Below, piece after piece: positions 62,889 through 64,000 of a stretch of DNA of 64,000 nucleotides. Below the pieces are notes generated by a model that did no database searches, was not told the origin of the DNA, and was given only the letters and a program-made list of their open reading frames with translations. The position numbers and the translations under genes were made by a program. Within the stretch, counting starts at the first letter, position 1; each line of letters opens with the position of its first letter. Source of the stretch: Snowella sp. (GTDB taxonomy: Bacteria > Cyanobacteriota > Cyanobacteriia > Cyanobacteriales > Microcystaceae); NCBI GenBank assembly GCA_035285545.1, contig JAYKGY010000019.1:111849-175848 (forward strand). The letters are read 5' to 3'.

Positions 62889-63179
62889 ATGGATCAGCGA
62901 CAATTAGTAAATAATAATGATGTGATCTCCGTTGCAGAAACAGATAAAGCATTAATTAGTCATAGAACGTTTAAAGTTGATGAGTTTCTAACAGCAATAT
63001 TTACTAAGCTTTTTAATAATGATGTAGGGAAAAAATGGTGTTTTGATGGAGTTGAGTGTGAAGTTCTTAGCCCTGGTAAATCATGGCAAAAAGGAAAAAT
63101 CAAAATTTCGCTAGAGTTTATCGCTGATGAACCTGAATCGCCCTTAGATGATATTCGCCGAGAAATGCAAGATCAATAA
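62889..63179 (+). CDS. KGK domain protein
   Basis: GVECEVL....WQKGKIKISLEF...ESPLDDIR signature. Confidence 0.88.
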   Translation: MDQRQLVNNNDVISVAETDKALISHRTFKVDEFLTAIFTKLFNNDVGKKWCFDGVECEVLSPGKSWQKGKIKISLEFIADEPESPLDDIRREMQDQ

Positions 63180-63188
63180 TTTATTTTC

Positions 63189-63431
63189 ATGGATAAAACC
63201 CCACGTATTCCCATTCCCAATAGTGTTAGAAATTACGTTTACCAAAGAGATAACTACCAATGCCAAAGTTGCGGAAAAACGCAAAATGAAACCCAATTAA
63301 ATATTGATCATATTATTCCGTTAGCGAAAGGAGGCAGTAACGATATCAGTAACCTACAAACCCTTTGCCAAACCTGTAACCAAAAGAAAAAACATCATTT
63401 TGATCCCCGCTTTAATCGTCATTTTGATTGA
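63189..63431 (+). CDS. Small HNH endonuclease
   Basis: RDNYQCQSCG, IDHIIP...GG, NLQTLC..CN..K. Confidence 0.92.
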   Translation: MDKTPRIPIPNSVRNYVYQRDNYQCQSCGKTQNETQLNIDHIIPLAKGGSNDISNLQTLCQTCNQKKKHHFDPRFNRHFD

Positions 63432-63508
63432 AATCAATAGCCATAGCGATTATAAATTAGATAGTTTTAAGTTAGAACGGTTTCGGTCAGGAATTGATGT
63501 TGGGTTTT

Positions 63509-63610
63509 ATGGCTGATACGGCGATCGCGATCAAAAATCTGAGTAAGAAGTATGGTATTGGGCATCAACGGGAAACTGCGGTGCGTTATGAGTCGTTGTT
63601 AAGGGGCTGA
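63509..63610 (+). pseudogene. N-terminal fragment of a Wzt-type polysaccharide ABC ATPase
   Basis: MADTAIAIKNLSKKYGIGHQRETAVRYESLLRG*; stops before any P-loop. Confidence 0.55.
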
Positions 63611-63639
63611 TTATAATAGATGGGGGTGGGTTGATCCAA

Positions 63640-64000
63640 ATGTGGCTAAATTTTCTGGGTTTGTTACCTTCCACTGTCCTAACCGTATTGTTAATTAGTA
63701 TTGCTTTTTTAAGATTCTATGACCAGACCGATTTTGAATTCCTCGGATTTGTCGCCCATCCCCGAAGTTGGAGCAACCGATTCACTATGGCAGCCTTCTT
63801 GGCTACACTGGCTAATTTCGGCGTTGAGTGGAACCGTCGAAATCGAGAAACAAACCGTCTGGCTCAAGAAGTACAACGAAGAGTTGAGGAAGAGCAACGA
63901 AGAGTGGCTAGAGAAAGAGCAGATGAAGCTAGAAGAGTTGAGAACGAGCAACGAAGAGCTAGAGAGGAAGAATATTCGACTCGCCGAACTAGAATCGAAA
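63640..64000 (+). CDS. Membrane-anchored, Arg/Glu-rich coiled-coil hypothetical protein; runs off the window end
   Basis: MWLNFLGLLPSTVLTVLLISIAFLRFYDQTDF...WSNRF...GVEWNRRNRETNR...; no stop before position 64000. Confidence 0.7.
   Translation, partial: MWLNFLGLLPSTVLTVLLISIAFLRFYDQTDFEFLGFVAHPRSWSNRFTMAAFLATLANFGVEWNRRNRETNRLAQEVQRRVEEEQRRVARERADEARRVENEQRRAREEEYSTRRTRIE

Noticed and set aside
63709..63951. Minus-strand Ser/Phe/Leu-rich ORF
   Set aside because: Antisense of the purine-rich plus-strand coding region
1..64000. Frequent GCGATCGC as a novel repeat, or a CRISPR array
   Set aside because: This is the known cyanobacterial HIP1 octamer; I saw no regularly spaced repeat-spacer array

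Overview
64-kb chromosomal window of a unicellular, Synechocystis/Microcystaceae-like cyanobacterium. Evidence: abundant HIP1 octamer GCGATCGC, ndhAIGE, panC-cmk fusion, PAM68, an HLIP and CruA. Most genes are housekeeping: aroA, murT-like ligase, ndhAIGE, nadD-nrtR-nadE, crp, folK, panC-cmk, tRNA-Thr(UGU), der, menC, rpsU, dps, pgpH-like 7TM-HD, aroF, rpsO, recN, ispH, ecfT, pabB-like. Accessory patches: a glycosyltransferase/methyltransferase set (3.6-9 kb), an AT-rich island between folK and panC-cmk (20-22.2 kb), composite IS debris (27.0-27.65 kb), a minus-strand stress-like cluster headed by dps (31.6-36.2 kb), TA remnants (55.1-55.45 kb) and a Uma2-KGK-HNH patch (62.2-63.4 kb). The most notable observation is a 4-TM membrane protein fused to a PemK/MazF-like domain that appears to have lost its catalytic loop and has no adjacent antitoxin (20005-21006). 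I also found small genes missed by the ORF track (a probable AtpTheta/atpT and a 37-aa single-TM peptide) and candidate NrtR, CRP, NtcA and Pho-box sites. All family calls come from motif recognition by eye; no database searches were run.
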